This document shows, in pieces, positions 18,357-28,558 of a stretch of 64,000 nucleotides of DNA. A program made the translations under genes and the position numbers. A model generated the notes under the pieces. That model did no database searches. It saw nothing but the letters and a program-made list of their open reading frames with translations, and was not told the DNA's origin. Each line of letters begins with the position of its first letter. Position 1 is the stretch's first letter. Origin of the DNA: a virus (Duplodnaviria > Caudoviricetes); the IMG/VR virus record IMGVR_UViG_3300021387_000688. One strand, 5' to 3'.

Positions 18357-18713
18357 TTAGCGAATAAAGTGGATTTCTGTAGCTCCCGAATCGATGATTT
18401 CAATTTCACCATTAGGAGTAGTTACAATCGATCCATCCTGTTTAAGCAAATGGATTTCACCCGTTACTTTATATTTATAAAACTGAATGCGGTTTTTATC
18501 TTTTACAAGAGAGATTATATTTTCGTTGGTTTGTACTGTAGTTGTTACATCTGCGTTCATTGCTTCGACAGTAGTAACTCCACCGTTATTAAATGCAATA
18601 TAACTTACATGAGAAGGAATACCCACTCCCTGAATAACTTTATTTTCTGTAAAGCTACAACCTGTAAGAATAAGGGCTGTACCCAAAACCAAACCCGCAA
18701 GAATCTTTTTCAT
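18357..18713 (-). CDS. Putative lipoprotein
   Basis: MKK + hydrophobic stretch + LTGC lipobox. Confidence 0.75.
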   Translation of the reverse strand: MKKILAGLVLGTALILTGCSFTENKVIQGVGIPSHVSYIAFNNGGVTTVEAMNADVTTTVQTNENIISLVKDKNRIQFYKYKVTGEIHLLKQDGSIVTTPNGEIEIIDSGATEIHFIR

Positions 18714-18816
18714 AACTTACCTCTATGATATACTATGCTAATATTATAGCTTAAACCAGAAGCTTAAATACCTAAAAATTAAGCTATATATAATATATTG
18801 TTAAAAGGAGTTTAGT

Positions 18817-19152
18817 ATGAGAGATCAAGACGAAGTATTCGAAACAGGTATACGCAAGTGGCTTGAATTGAATGATTATAAAGAAGGGGAATGGGTTGTA
18901 ATCAGCAATGATGGGGATGCACAGTGTTTAGCTGCTAACAACACAGAAGAGATCGTAACAATTGCACAAGATGTATATGCACAGGTTGGCGGATTCGAAT
19001 TCCAAATTGAATCTGAGTATTCTGATATAGAAGAAATCCAAACACCAGAAGATTGCGCAGAATTAGTAGAAGGTTATTGGGATGCTTTTATGGTTGTTAT
19101 GAAAATTTTGAGACCTGAATCAGGTGAAGGTATAGTTGACTTATCCAGATAA
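18817..19152 (+). CDS. Hypothetical acidic protein
   Basis: 111 aa, SD AAGGAG. Confidence 0.7.
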   Translation: MRDQDEVFETGIRKWLELNDYKEGEWVVISNDGDAQCLAANNTEEIVTIAQDVYAQVGGFEFQIESEYSDIEEIQTPEDCAELVEGYWDAFMVVMKILRPESGEGIVDLSR

Positions 19153-19162
19153 GGAGTAGATA

Positions 19163-20116
19163 ATGGAACAACAGTTTTTTGTATCTAAAGGTTTTTACTA
19201 CGAGGACACTGAAGTAGATGGAGAACCTGCAATAGATGAAGGATTCATATTTCCAGAGATAGAAGCTTCTAATGGCGGTCAAATAATGACTGCAGCCCAA
19301 ATCAAAGAAATGCTAAGAGATCATATCACTATCGGTGATTTCGATTCTACAAAGGTAAATATAAAAGGTAATTACGAAGACACCTATTGTGAAATCTCTA
19401 TTATGAAGGACGGTGCAAAGATTGGAGAATTGAATGTAACTGAATATTTTGATACTCGCCAGTTTGAAGCTTTGTTTACTATTGCAGATGGGGAAGTAGA
19501 AAAACATCCTGCACTTATAGAATCTGAAGGTAATCCAAAAACTGAAAAAGCACTTAAGGTTTGCCAAAAGGTTTGCGAGAAATATCCAGAAATTAAAAGT
19601 GTAGGGCTTTCAGAACCTTTTCACGATCACATTGTAATTCTTTTTGATGGACCTAATCCAGAATTGATTAAAAAGCTTCGTGGATATTTTGATTATGACC
19701 ATCCAAAAGATTTACCTGACGGCGGAACACAGATTCCTGTAATTCAAGGTGAATTAGAAAAAGCCCTTGAAGAAGTTGGGCTTGAAATGGGTGGCGGATG
19801 GGACTACGTTCCTAATGAAGAAGCCGCTAGAGCCGATTACAATAATTGGTTGAAGGATAATCCTAGACCAGTTGACCCTACAAGCGATTATTATAAATGG
19901 AAGAGCAGGTCCTATTATGATAGAACTAAGGGCGCGGGTGCTAGAGAGTATGCTAAGTTTAAAGACGAATTACCTGCTTGGAAAGAAAAGTATGATAAGG
20001 CTAAAGGAGGGTTTGCCCCTGAACACTTACCAGGAATGTACTTTAGTGTACAGAGATTAGGAATGAGTGATGAAATAAATGCGTTCTATTCAGGAACGAA
20101 TTATTGGGGTGACTAA
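19163..20116 (+). CDS. Hypothetical protein
   Basis: 317 aa, SD AAGGAG. Confidence 0.7.
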   Translation: MEQQFFVSKGFYYEDTEVDGEPAIDEGFIFPEIEASNGGQIMTAAQIKEMLRDHITIGDFDSTKVNIKGNYEDTYCEISIMKDGAKIGELNVTEYFDTRQFEALFTIADGEVEKHPALIESEGNPKTEKALKVCQKVCEKYPEIKSVGLSEPFHDHIVILFDGPNPELIKKLRGYFDYDHPKDLPDGGTQIPVIQGELEKALEEVGLEMGGGWDYVPNEEAARADYNNWLKDNPRPVDPTSDYYKWKSRSYYDRTKGAGAREYAKFKDELPAWKEKYDKAKGGFAPEHLPGMYFSVQRLGMSDEINAFYSGTNYWGD

Positions 20117-20121
20117 CCAAT

Positions 20122-20148
20122 AAAAAAGCCTCTCTTTTCAGAGAGGCT
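20122..20148. terminator. Intrinsic terminator between convergent genes
   Basis: AAAAAAGCCTCTC-TTTTCA-GAGAGGCT. Confidence 0.8.
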
Positions 20149-20174
20149 ATTATTTTGCAATTTTTAAATTAAAA

Positions 20175-21080
20175 TTATCTTGATTGTAGGTATTCGTAGT
20201 ATTCCCACATAACTGCAGCGCACTCAGGATCGTATCCCTCATCCCCTTCACCTATAACATCTTCAAGGAATTCATCTTCAGATTTATCAGGATTGTACTT
20301 AAACATTCTTTCTACGTCCGCTTTCATATATTTACTTAATCCTGGGAAAGATTTTTCAGATTCCTGCAAATCATTAAGAGTAACTTCTCCATAAGCTTTA
20401 CCTGCAGTGTCATCTCGAATATCTCTTTGACCGATACCTAAGCTCATAATTTCTTCAGGATCTAAGTCTACAGATAGCCAAGAACCCATCTGGAAATTAT
20501 CAGGAATTTCTGATACATATCCTGTATAATCCCCTCCTCGTTCTATTGGTAATGCATCTCTACCATTTACGAGCTTATCATATATTTTCTTATATTTACG
20601 AACAGAAGCTACATCATTTCCGAATACAATAATTCCTTCATATCTTTCAGATTCAGGTTCTGTAGCGTAAAGAGGCCATACCCTACCACTAGAGACTCCA
20701 AACATTTCCTTGTTTTTAATCCAATGACTTAAGTCATCTGCCATCTCATCTGTAAAATCTACGGATAGGCGGTCGGCTTTAATTTCAGAAGATTGTCTAG
20801 TTAATTTATTCAACCCCATTTTAGGGTGACGCCAAGCATATTCCTTAGGGTTCCACAAATACAAATAATATCTTCCTTCGATCTTTGCAAGCCCAAATCC
20901 AAAAAGTTCTATACCTTTCTTTATATTTTGCATTGCCATCAATCCAAATAGTTGCTCAACATTTATATCTGTTATATGAACACTATATCTATGAGGCGGT
21001 AATTGTTTTCCCTTTTTAGCTTTTTCTATTCCCTTTGCACTCCAAGGCTTTGGATCAAACAATCCTTCGTTTACCCTCAT
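20175..21080 (-). CDS. Hypothetical protein, possible internal head protein
   Basis: Starts MRVNEGLF; in operon behind ACTAAATA. Confidence 0.6.
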   Translation of the reverse strand: MRVNEGLFDPKPWSAKGIEKAKKGKQLPPHRYSVHITDINVEQLFGLMAMQNIKKGIELFGFGLAKIEGRYYLYLWNPKEYAWRHPKMGLNKLTRQSSEIKADRLSVDFTDEMADDLSHWIKNKEMFGVSSGRVWPLYATEPESERYEGIIVFGNDVASVRKYKKIYDKLVNGRDALPIERGGDYTGYVSEIPDNFQMGSWLSVDLDPEEIMSLGIGQRDIRDDTAGKAYGEVTLNDLQESEKSFPGLSKYMKADVERMFKYNPDKSEDEFLEDVIGEGDEGYDPECAAVMWEYYEYLQSR

Positions 21081-21512
21081 TTACATCTCCTCGTTCAATA
21101 CTTCAGCTAAAGCATTAAAACCATCTAATAAGAATGATTCAAAATCCTGATCGTCATCATCTTCCGAATCCCAATCGTCCTCAAAGATTGCTCCATCATC
21201 TTTATCAAAAACTCTCATAGAGACTACGACAGCGCCGTCGTCCCTTAAGTCAAAGGATAAACTAACGCTATATGGACCATACTCTAGAATAACACCTAGA
21301 TCCGGCTCATTAAAATAATTATCATCCGGCTCGAAGGCAAACCCATCTGCAACATCCCAAGCTTTATCTAACAACATTGCAAATCTATCCCGAGCTTCTT
21401 CAAGTATATCATTCCTTCTTTCAATGTACGCGATTTTATCATTATTCTTTTTAATCGCTTTATTAAACATATTTTGAAAAATAGTATTAGTTTGTTTGAA
21501 ACAGTTTAACAT
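21081..21512 (-). CDS. Hypothetical acidic protein
   Basis: 143 aa; ACTAAATA and GAGG upstream. Confidence 0.65.
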   Translation of the reverse strand: MLNCFKQTNTIFQNMFNKAIKKNNDKIAYIERRNDILEEARDRFAMLLDKAWDVADGFAFEPDDNYFNEPDLGVILEYGPYSVSLSFDLRDDGAVVVSMRVFDKDDGAIFEDDWDSEDDDDQDFESFLLDGFNALAEVLNEEM

Positions 21513-21546
21513 ATTAACCTCTATCTTATTTAGTAATAGGTAAAAG

Positions 21547-21570
21547 AAAAGTCAGCCTTTCGACTGACCT
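21547..21570 (-). terminator. Terminator after rtcB
   Basis: GTCAGTC-GAAA-GGCTGAC-TTTTCTTTT on minus strand. Confidence 0.75.
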
Positions 21571-21576
21571 TGTTCA

Positions 21577-22803
21577 TTATTCTGCAGCTTTAAAGTTGTA
21601 GATAGGCTTGATGATAGAAATCACTTCTGCATTATCCTTAATATTTTCAAGGATTTCATCAGCTGGTTTGTAAGCCATTGGAGCTTCATCGATAGTAGAA
21701 ACACAAACCGAAGTTGTATAAATATCCTTCATGGATGCCTTAAAGTCTTCCATCTTCAAAGTTTCCTTTGCTTTAGATCGAGACATTAATCTTCCTGCCC
21801 CGTGAGGTCCAGAAGCGTTCCAATCTGGATTTCCTTTACCCTTAACAATCAAAGAACCGAATTGCATGTTGATAGGAATAATTGCCATTTCATCATTTTG
21901 TAAGGAGATTGCACCCTTGCGCAAGATACCATTCTTGATATCTATATAGTTGTGAATAGTACAGAACTCATCCAAAATGTGCCTCTTCTTGATTCCCATT
22001 TCTTCAATAAGAACATCCATCATAGCTTCACGATTTAAGCGAGCAAATTCCTGACAGATATCCATGTCGTGAATATATCCATCTACGTCAGCTCCCTCCA
22101 AGTAAGAAAGTTCGCGGGAAACAACTACAGTAGGAATCTTTGAGATTTCAGCCTGTATATCCTTTTCACGGCCTTCTCTTTTAAGCTTGTTGATTAAGTC
22201 GTTCTTAACCTTAGAGTTGTTCTTATGATATTCAACGGCCTTGTTTTCCCAATACTTTGCTACAGCAATTCCTAAGTGACGAGAACCTGAATGTATTACA
22301 ATGTAATAGTCTCCGTTTTCATCCTTGTCGATTTCTACGAAGTGGTTTCCTCCGCCAAGTGAACCCATAGCGAAAAGTTCTTTGTCATAATCTGCATCAG
22401 CAATTAATTCGCGGATACGAGAGAAATCTTTTGCAAATCTGTGAAGAGTTTTTCTGTGGTTCATTCCAGATGGAACCTTAGTATGCATAATCTTGTCGAA
22501 CTTTTCCAATCCCGGCTTGTTGAATAATTGACGGCCTGCTTCTGCAGAAATCTTCAAAACCAACATACCGCAGCCTATATCCACGCCAACCATGTTAGGG
22601 TTAACACGAGGATTGTCCTTGTTTATTTTTTGAGTGAATCCAATACAAGATCCCTTGCCAGCATGAGTATCTGGCATAATAGCAATATTGCAATTTTCTA
22701 CAACTGGCGAATTCATAAATCCGTAGATTTGTGAAACACATTCTTCTTCTACAGTTGTAGCATAAACTTTAGCTGTACCATATTTTCCTGTTATTTCAAA
22801 CAT
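21577..22803 (-). CDS. rtcB: RtcB-family RNA ligase
   Basis: MPDTHAG, GVDIGCG, GSLGGGNHF, IHSGSR, HN, RKGA, HGAGR, DEAPMAYK all present. Confidence 0.96.
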   Translation of the reverse strand: MFEITGKYGTAKVYATTVEEECVSQIYGFMNSPVVENCNIAIMPDTHAGKGSCIGFTQKINKDNPRVNPNMVGVDIGCGMLVLKISAEAGRQLFNKPGLEKFDKIMHTKVPSGMNHRKTLHRFAKDFSRIRELIADADYDKELFAMGSLGGGNHFVEIDKDENGDYYIVIHSGSRHLGIAVAKYWENKAVEYHKNNSKVKNDLINKLKREGREKDIQAEISKIPTVVVSRELSYLEGADVDGYIHDMDICQEFARLNREAMMDVLIEEMGIKKRHILDEFCTIHNYIDIKNGILRKGAISLQNDEMAIIPINMQFGSLIVKGKGNPDWNASGPHGAGRLMSRSKAKETLKMEDFKASMKDIYTTSVCVSTIDEAPMAYKPADEILENIKDNAEVISIIKPIYNFKAAE

Positions 22804-22805
22804 AA

Positions 22806-23027
22806 TTATAATCCTTCTCTTTTACAATAATCTCGGAACCATTCAGTTCTTTTAAGCTTTTCAATCATATTTTTAACACGTTTACTTGAATCTGTCCTTC
22901 TCGGGCCAAACTCTGCATATTCCTGTTTGGGTTTAAACATTTCCTCTTCCAACATTTCTTCCTCTGTAGGATAAGGTGTTATTTTTTCAACGTGTTTTGA
23001 ATTTCCTATTAAATCAAATCCATTCAT
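22806..23027 (-). CDS. Hypothetical protein
   Basis: 73 aa, SD AGGAG. Confidence 0.65.
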   Translation of the reverse strand: MNGFDLIGNSKHVEKITPYPTEEEMLEEEMFKPKQEYAEFGPRRTDSSKRVKNMIEKLKRTEWFRDYCKREGL

Positions 23028-23029
23028 AA

Positions 23030-23353
23030 TTATACTCCTAATACGTACGGAAATGCTTTTTCAAAACGCTTTACATAAGGGATTAAATCCTTTACATCTT
23101 TTTCAAACTTTGTACCAACTCTACGATCTACATAATCCTTCAATTCATGATAGATTGTACTTATCGCATTTTCTTTTCCTTTCCAAGGATTGCCTTTATC
23201 TGTACCACAGAAATATGTATAACCTGAACTTGAAGCTCTGTTTGGAATTCCAAGTGTATAAATATCTGCATACATATTGTTATCAATTGTACACTTTGCA
23301 AAACCTTTTCGAGTTGGAATACTCAAAAGAAATTCGTGATCAGATAAAGTCAT
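23030..23353 (-). CDS. Hypothetical protein
   Basis: 107 aa, SD AAGGAG. Confidence 0.7.
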   Translation of the reverse strand: MTLSDHEFLLSIPTRKGFAKCTIDNNMYADIYTLGIPNRASSSGYTYFCGTDKGNPWKGKENAISTIYHELKDYVDRRVGTKFEKDVKDLIPYVKRFEKAFPYVLGV

Positions 23354-23380
23354 TTAAATTCTCCTTGATAATAATATCGC

Positions 23381-23411
23381 AAAAAAATGGGTCTTGAATT
23401 TCTCAAGACCC
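23381..23411 (-). terminator. Intrinsic terminator
   Basis: GGGTCTTGA-GAAAT-TCAAGACCC-ATTTTTTT on minus strand. Confidence 0.8.
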
Positions 23412-23437
23412 TTACAAAAAGCTAAAAAATAAAGAAA

Positions 23438-24007
23438 TTATTCTACTACAATTTTACAATCTGGCATACCCAATTCATCGCAAAGTTCATTGTATTGATT
23501 CATATATTCCATAATTGCATCGTAATAAATTCTTGTATGTTCACAGATTGGGTTTGTAGTGAAAGGCTTTAATTGTTCAAGAGCTTCTTTCACTGAAGAA
23601 TATCCAGTTGCTTCCCAAACACAGTTATCATATCCTTCCAAAGTTGCATATAAAGCATCCCCCGGTCCTTCAATCTTTGAACCATAATTTCCACGAGCTT
23701 CAGGGTCGTTCAAATAACTTTCGTAAACATTTTTAGCATCTTCTGTAGCAGGGTTTCCATCTTCATCTACTAAAAATTCACTCAAGTCATTGACTTCGAT
23801 ATCGTAAATGTTTCTATTTTGTTGATATAATTTATCCAACTCTTCTTCATGGTTGACATATTCAAGTTCTGTCATTCCATGATACTTTGCCATATCTTTT
23901 ACGTAACGGGCTCTTTCTGGATTTTTATAAGAAAGAGATTTGTCGTCGTAAAGATAATCGTATCCTCCGGATTCTATATTTCTTAAAGTATCTTCAATAT
24001 TATCCAT
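23438..24007 (-). CDS. Hypothetical acidic protein
   Basis: 189 aa, SD AGGAG. Confidence 0.7.
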   Translation of the reverse strand: MDNIEDTLRNIESGGYDYLYDDKSLSYKNPERARYVKDMAKYHGMTELEYVNHEEELDKLYQQNRNIYDIEVNDLSEFLVDEDGNPATEDAKNVYESYLNDPEARGNYGSKIEGPGDALYATLEGYDNCVWEATGYSSVKEALEQLKPFTTNPICEHTRIYYDAIMEYMNQYNELCDELGMPDCKIVVE

Positions 24008-24055
24008 ATTATTCTCCTAAGACTATATATTTAATATAGTCTTTTTGAGGTAGTT

Positions 24056-25090
24056 ATGAAATTAAGTTGGATAGAATTAATAGGATTAACTTCAAGATTT
24101 TTAGAAGATAATACATTAAATTTTGAAGTAAATGGCAAAGAAATAAAAATGAAATGCGGGAGTCGTAGTACGGCCCTCAATGATAATAGCCGCATCGTTC
24201 TTTTTATAAATGGAAGAAAAAACGTATTCGATGCGTTAAGCTTCGGCCATTCAGAAGCTCCAAATGAATTCTATTTTCCTAGACAATATAGTGATTTAGA
24301 TTTGGACAAGACTTTTATGAAAATGTATGATTGGCCAACACCTTCAGATTATGACATAAATGCAGAATATGACTACAATGAAGATGATGAACATAGAAAA
24401 TGTAGATATTTTTACGAAGAAGCTATAAATCAATTCGTACATAGGAAACTAGAAAAAATAAAAGTTGATGTACCTAACACCGAATTATATAAATTGCTCC
24501 CTAGAGAATTTTATGAAATAGAAGATTACGATCTTAACGATTTTATGAAAGATTACAAAGAACTTATAAGAAATTCGTATGAACCTGGTTGGGTAGATGA
24601 TATAAAAGATGCCCATAAAAGACAAATGAAGGATTTTGAAAATACCTGGCAAAACATGAGGACTGGTAAATTAGATGTAAATGACTTGGTAGACAAATAT
24701 GGAGATAGTATAATTGACGTACTTACAAGAGGTGATTCAAATGAATCTACAGAACAGTTGGAACAAGTTATTGAAGATAAAGGGGCCAGCTATTGGGAAG
24801 AAATTGAATTTGTAATGCAACAAGAAACTGAAGCTATTGCAAAATACTTAAAAAGATTCTTTAAAGAGAAGGGAATAGATAATTGGGAGGATTTGTCAAA
24901 ATTGATTTTAGAGGACCCTTCATCTGGTAAAGAAGATTACGGTCCTTCATTATACAGATTCCTGACAGAGGAATTTGTGGAATCTAAATATTACAGAAGA
25001 TTAATAGATGACATTGCTGATGATGTAGCCGATGGTTTTATAGAACTTAAAGGAGCTTCTAGATCATCAGATAATGAAGACGAGGAGTAA
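24056..25090 (+). CDS. Acidic hypothetical protein, paralogue family member 1
   Basis: YKLLPREFYEIEDY motif shared with 25094 and 28559 genes. Confidence 0.75.
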   Translation: MKLSWIELIGLTSRFLEDNTLNFEVNGKEIKMKCGSRSTALNDNSRIVLFINGRKNVFDALSFGHSEAPNEFYFPRQYSDLDLDKTFMKMYDWPTPSDYDINAEYDYNEDDEHRKCRYFYEEAINQFVHRKLEKIKVDVPNTELYKLLPREFYEIEDYDLNDFMKDYKELIRNSYEPGWVDDIKDAHKRQMKDFENTWQNMRTGKLDVNDLVDKYGDSIIDVLTRGDSNESTEQLEQVIEDKGASYWEEIEFVMQQETEAIAKYLKRFFKEKGIDNWEDLSKLILEDPSSGKEDYGPSLYRFLTEEFVESKYYRRLIDDIADDVADGFIELKGASRSSDNEDEE

Positions 25091-25093
25091 TAA

Positions 25094-26266
25094 ATGGAAC
25101 TTAGATTAAGTGAATTACTACAATGTATGTATATTGCAGCTTTTGATAAACGCCGAGATATGAATGACAGTGATAACGGTGTTGAAGATCCTACTATAGA
25201 ATTCGCAACCTCTTTTAATTGGAATGGTAAAAAAGGTAAATTGACTTTTATAGATGGTTATCTGGACTACTCCGGTTTCTATTGTAAAATGGAAATTGAT
25301 AATAAAATTATAGTATTTCCTTTAATGATTTTGCAATATAAGTACAGATTTAGGATACCTGTAGATGTAACCATGTCCCAAGAAGGTATGGCCGATAGTG
25401 ATGATTACTCATTTCCATTGGCAGTTTATTTAATGTTAACAGGTGTATTTACTGCAGAAGAAATAAAAAATAAAATCGTGTTTACAGAGCCTTTTGAAGG
25501 GGCAACATCTGTAAAAGTTTCTAACAAAGATGGTCATTTGTCAAAGATTATGATAAATGCAGATTTTGAAGACGAAGAGTGGGCAAAACAATTACAACCT
25601 ATTGTAATGCGTAATAATAAACCTATGGCAGAACTTTATGAAATTGCTAAACACTTAGATAGCCTTTATGAGTTTTTGAATTCCTCAAAATTAGAAGTAA
25701 ATAAGCATGATTGCTATGATTTGCTACCTAGGGATTTGTATCTGATAGATGATTATTCTTTTGAAGAATATATTTCTTCCGGGGATTATTTAACAATAAC
25801 AGACCCTATAGAAAAAACTGATTTAGGGCAGGCAGAAAAAGAGCGTCAAAGTGCAATTGACCGTATAGATAAGGAATCCAAATTCCAACATTACAAAAAG
25901 GAAGGAGAAGTTTCTGCAAAAGAATTGTTAACTCATTATAGGCATCAAACTTTAACTTATATTGATGAGGAATTAGAAGAAAACGAGGAAGTTCGTGAAA
26001 GGCTAGAAGTTCTTTCAGATGAATTGGGTGAAACTACAGAAGATATTATTCCTTATTTATTTAAAGACTTCTGGGATGAAGTAGAAAAGTATTTACAGAA
26101 AGATTTGAAAAAATTCCCTTACCAAGAGGACTCAAATAGTTACTTAACTAAAAAAATAGAAAATTACCTAAATTATTTAAAAGATCATGCCAAAAGGTTT
26201 AATGTTTATATAGAAGATTTAGAGGACGCTATATTAGAGTTGGATATGGATGACATTGTAGAATAG
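25094..26266 (+). CDS. Acidic hypothetical protein, paralogue family member 2
   Basis: YDLLPRDLYLIDDY; FWDEVEKYLQKDL. Confidence 0.75.
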   Translation: MELRLSELLQCMYIAAFDKRRDMNDSDNGVEDPTIEFATSFNWNGKKGKLTFIDGYLDYSGFYCKMEIDNKIIVFPLMILQYKYRFRIPVDVTMSQEGMADSDDYSFPLAVYLMLTGVFTAEEIKNKIVFTEPFEGATSVKVSNKDGHLSKIMINADFEDEEWAKQLQPIVMRNNKPMAELYEIAKHLDSLYEFLNSSKLEVNKHDCYDLLPRDLYLIDDYSFEEYISSGDYLTITDPIEKTDLGQAEKERQSAIDRIDKESKFQHYKKEGEVSAKELLTHYRHQTLTYIDEELEENEEVRERLEVLSDELGETTEDIIPYLFKDFWDEVEKYLQKDLKKFPYQEDSNSYLTKKIENYLNYLKDHAKRFNVYIEDLEDAILELDMDDIVE

Positions 26267-26292
26267 GATGACTATTTATTTAATATCAAAGG

Positions 26293-27858
26293 ATGAGGAA
26301 TAAGATGAAAAATAAATTACTTGAAGCTAGGAAGATACTTAAAGCCTCCGATGCTACAGAATTGTTAAACAATGGTAAGTTGGCAGGAATGATTGGAGGT
26401 AGAAAGTTTATACCTCAATGGGTTTGGGATGATCCAAAACATTTTGAAAACTTGGTAGATGCCACATTGACCTTAATAGGTTCTGGGCAAAATGTTGCAA
26501 CAGATGAAACCATTAAATACTTAATGAAGTGTTCTATGAATGATGTAAGTGTTTGGGAAAAAGCTATTACAGAATCCCCAGATACTGTCGTTTATTTATC
26601 TACAGCCTTTTTAAGCAAATGGATTCAGGAAGGAGAATGGGCAACTAAATTGAATAATTTGGCTGCCGAACCTGAATACAATCAAGGTGCTTGGCATAAT
26701 TTGGAAAAAGATTTACAAGATAAAATAGAGGCCGTTCAACAAAGACGTGGTAAAAAGTTTACCACTAGTGACAATACTTTATTTACTACTTTATATGATG
26801 ATGGTACATGGAAGCTATGCATTCCTAAATCCCAAAGAGGTGATTCTGAATTAGCTTCCCATATTCAACCATTCAAATACATGGGCAAGACATTTACCAA
26901 AACAAGGTGGTGTACAGCTGCAGGTAATAACTTCTACAACAGTTATTCAAAAGATGGTAATAAGTATTATGTAATTCAATATTATAAGAACGGTGTATAC
27001 ACGGATGCTTGGCAGATCGCTTTTGACAGTGCAAGCCATGTAGAATTTATGGATAAATACGATCTACCTGAATATAGAAAAATGTTGGAAGTTGCTCCAA
27101 AAGAAATGTTACAGATGATCACGGTAGATAACCCTAACAGTGAATTGTTTGGAATAAATATTGACGCCTTAGCTCAAGGGTATACTAAAATTAATCCAAC
27201 ATGGGAGAAATTAAATTTGAGGGAATTTGATGAAGCCCCTTGGATTGCTTTTCCTCAATACTACGCGTTCGTAGACGGAATGATTATAGAAAAGAAGAGC
27301 GGTACAATTATGGCAGTTGAAAAGGATGAGATGAAAGAAAGTATTACAATTCCTAAATACGTAAAAGCTGTTAAGAGTGCATCACTTTTCTATAAGACAG
27401 GTATAAAGGAAGTAACTTTTGAAGTTGGTTGTGAAGTAGTCCCAGCCGAAATGTTTGTATTCAATTCTACTTTGGAATTGGTAGTACTTCCTAATACTAT
27501 AAAAAGAATTGGGGAATCTGCATTTAGAAAATGTTCTAACCTTGTAGATATTGCACTCCCTCCTTCTTTGAAAACAATAGGTGAAGAAGCTTTCGCAAGA
27601 ACTGGCTTGCAGTCTGTGCAACTTCCAGAAGGTTTGGAGCAAGTAGAAGACTTAGCATTTAGAAAATGCAATGATTTGGAAGTAGTAACTTTACCAGATT
27701 CTTTACAGTTTGTAGGAGATGAAGTTTTCGAAGATTGTACAGAATTAAAAACTGTAAATCTTAGTAGTGTAGATAATATTTCATGGGGTGAAGATGTTTT
27801 CATGGGTTGTGAAAGTTTACAAACTCCTGAAATTGTAAATAAGTTTGAAATTGAATAG
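26293..27858 (+). CDS. BspA-type leucine-rich repeat protein with N-terminal WCTA domain
   Basis: About 7 repeats of LPxxLxxIGxxAFxxCxxL; TRWCTAA..FYNSY; ACTATTT upstream. Confidence 0.88.
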   Translation: MRNKMKNKLLEARKILKASDATELLNNGKLAGMIGGRKFIPQWVWDDPKHFENLVDATLTLIGSGQNVATDETIKYLMKCSMNDVSVWEKAITESPDTVVYLSTAFLSKWIQEGEWATKLNNLAAEPEYNQGAWHNLEKDLQDKIEAVQQRRGKKFTTSDNTLFTTLYDDGTWKLCIPKSQRGDSELASHIQPFKYMGKTFTKTRWCTAAGNNFYNSYSKDGNKYYVIQYYKNGVYTDAWQIAFDSASHVEFMDKYDLPEYRKMLEVAPKEMLQMITVDNPNSELFGINIDALAQGYTKINPTWEKLNLREFDEAPWIAFPQYYAFVDGMIIEKKSGTIMAVEKDEMKESITIPKYVKAVKSASLFYKTGIKEVTFEVGCEVVPAEMFVFNSTLELVVLPNTIKRIGESAFRKCSNLVDIALPPSLKTIGEEAFARTGLQSVQLPEGLEQVEDLAFRKCNDLEVVTLPDSLQFVGDEVFEDCTELKTVNLSSVDNISWGEDVFMGCESLQTPEIVNKFEIE

Positions 27859-27869
27859 AGAGGTAAGTT

Positions 27870-28550
27870 ATGAGAAAAACTAGAAAAGAAGATTTGATGG
27901 AAGGGGAATGCGCTTGTGGAGAAGTAAGTTGTACTTCTACAGAATGTCAAGCTATGGCTCCTGCCAAAGTAGTTTCTCCTGCTTATTACTCAGGTAATAA
28001 AAAGAAGGCTTTAGGAAAGAAAGATAAATACAATAAATTGGGAGAAAAAAATCTTAAAGAATGGAGAGCAAGTTCTGCCGCAGAAGGTTTAGGTTGGGTT
28101 GATTCTGAATTGGATACTATAGAAACAAACCTTAGCGTGTTGGAGGATTTTATTGGAGCAGTTTGCGATCCTAATGATGAAATCTTCAACAATATAAGTG
28201 CAATACATTCTTCTATTAATTATATTCGCAGTGATTGTATCAACTTCAAGGAAAGTGTAAACCTTAAAGAAAATGGAGAAGTTCAGTCTGGTTCATTAAA
28301 AGGAACAGATCCTGAATTTTGGGAATTCCTTCAAATGACTTTTAATAGAGAAGAAGACCCCTATATGGGCTCTTATGATGACCTTGTTGAAGCAGTAGAA
28401 AGTTTCAAACAGGATTGGATCAATGAAGGATCAGGAAACTCACGAGTTTTAAGATATACTGCAAATAAATGGTTGGCAACGGAAGGTAGATCTCTTTGCA
28501 GCGAGGAATTATTGCAAAGAGAATATAACGATTATTATTCAGTAAACTAA
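27870..28550 (+). CDS. Hypothetical protein, possible internal head protein
   Basis: 226 aa; LMEG, NLKE, FKES, NLKE motifs. Confidence 0.6.
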   Translation: MRKTRKEDLMEGECACGEVSCTSTECQAMAPAKVVSPAYYSGNKKKALGKKDKYNKLGEKNLKEWRASSAAEGLGWVDSELDTIETNLSVLEDFIGAVCDPNDEIFNNISAIHSSINYIRSDCINFKESVNLKENGEVQSGSLKGTDPEFWEFLQMTFNREEDPYMGSYDDLVEAVESFKQDWINEGSGNSRVLRYTANKWLATEGRSLCSEELLQREYNDYYSVN

Positions 28551-28558
28551 GGATTCAT

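Noticed and set aside
27382-27950. Antisense ORFs over the LRR gene
   Set aside because: Shadow frames of a repetitive coding region
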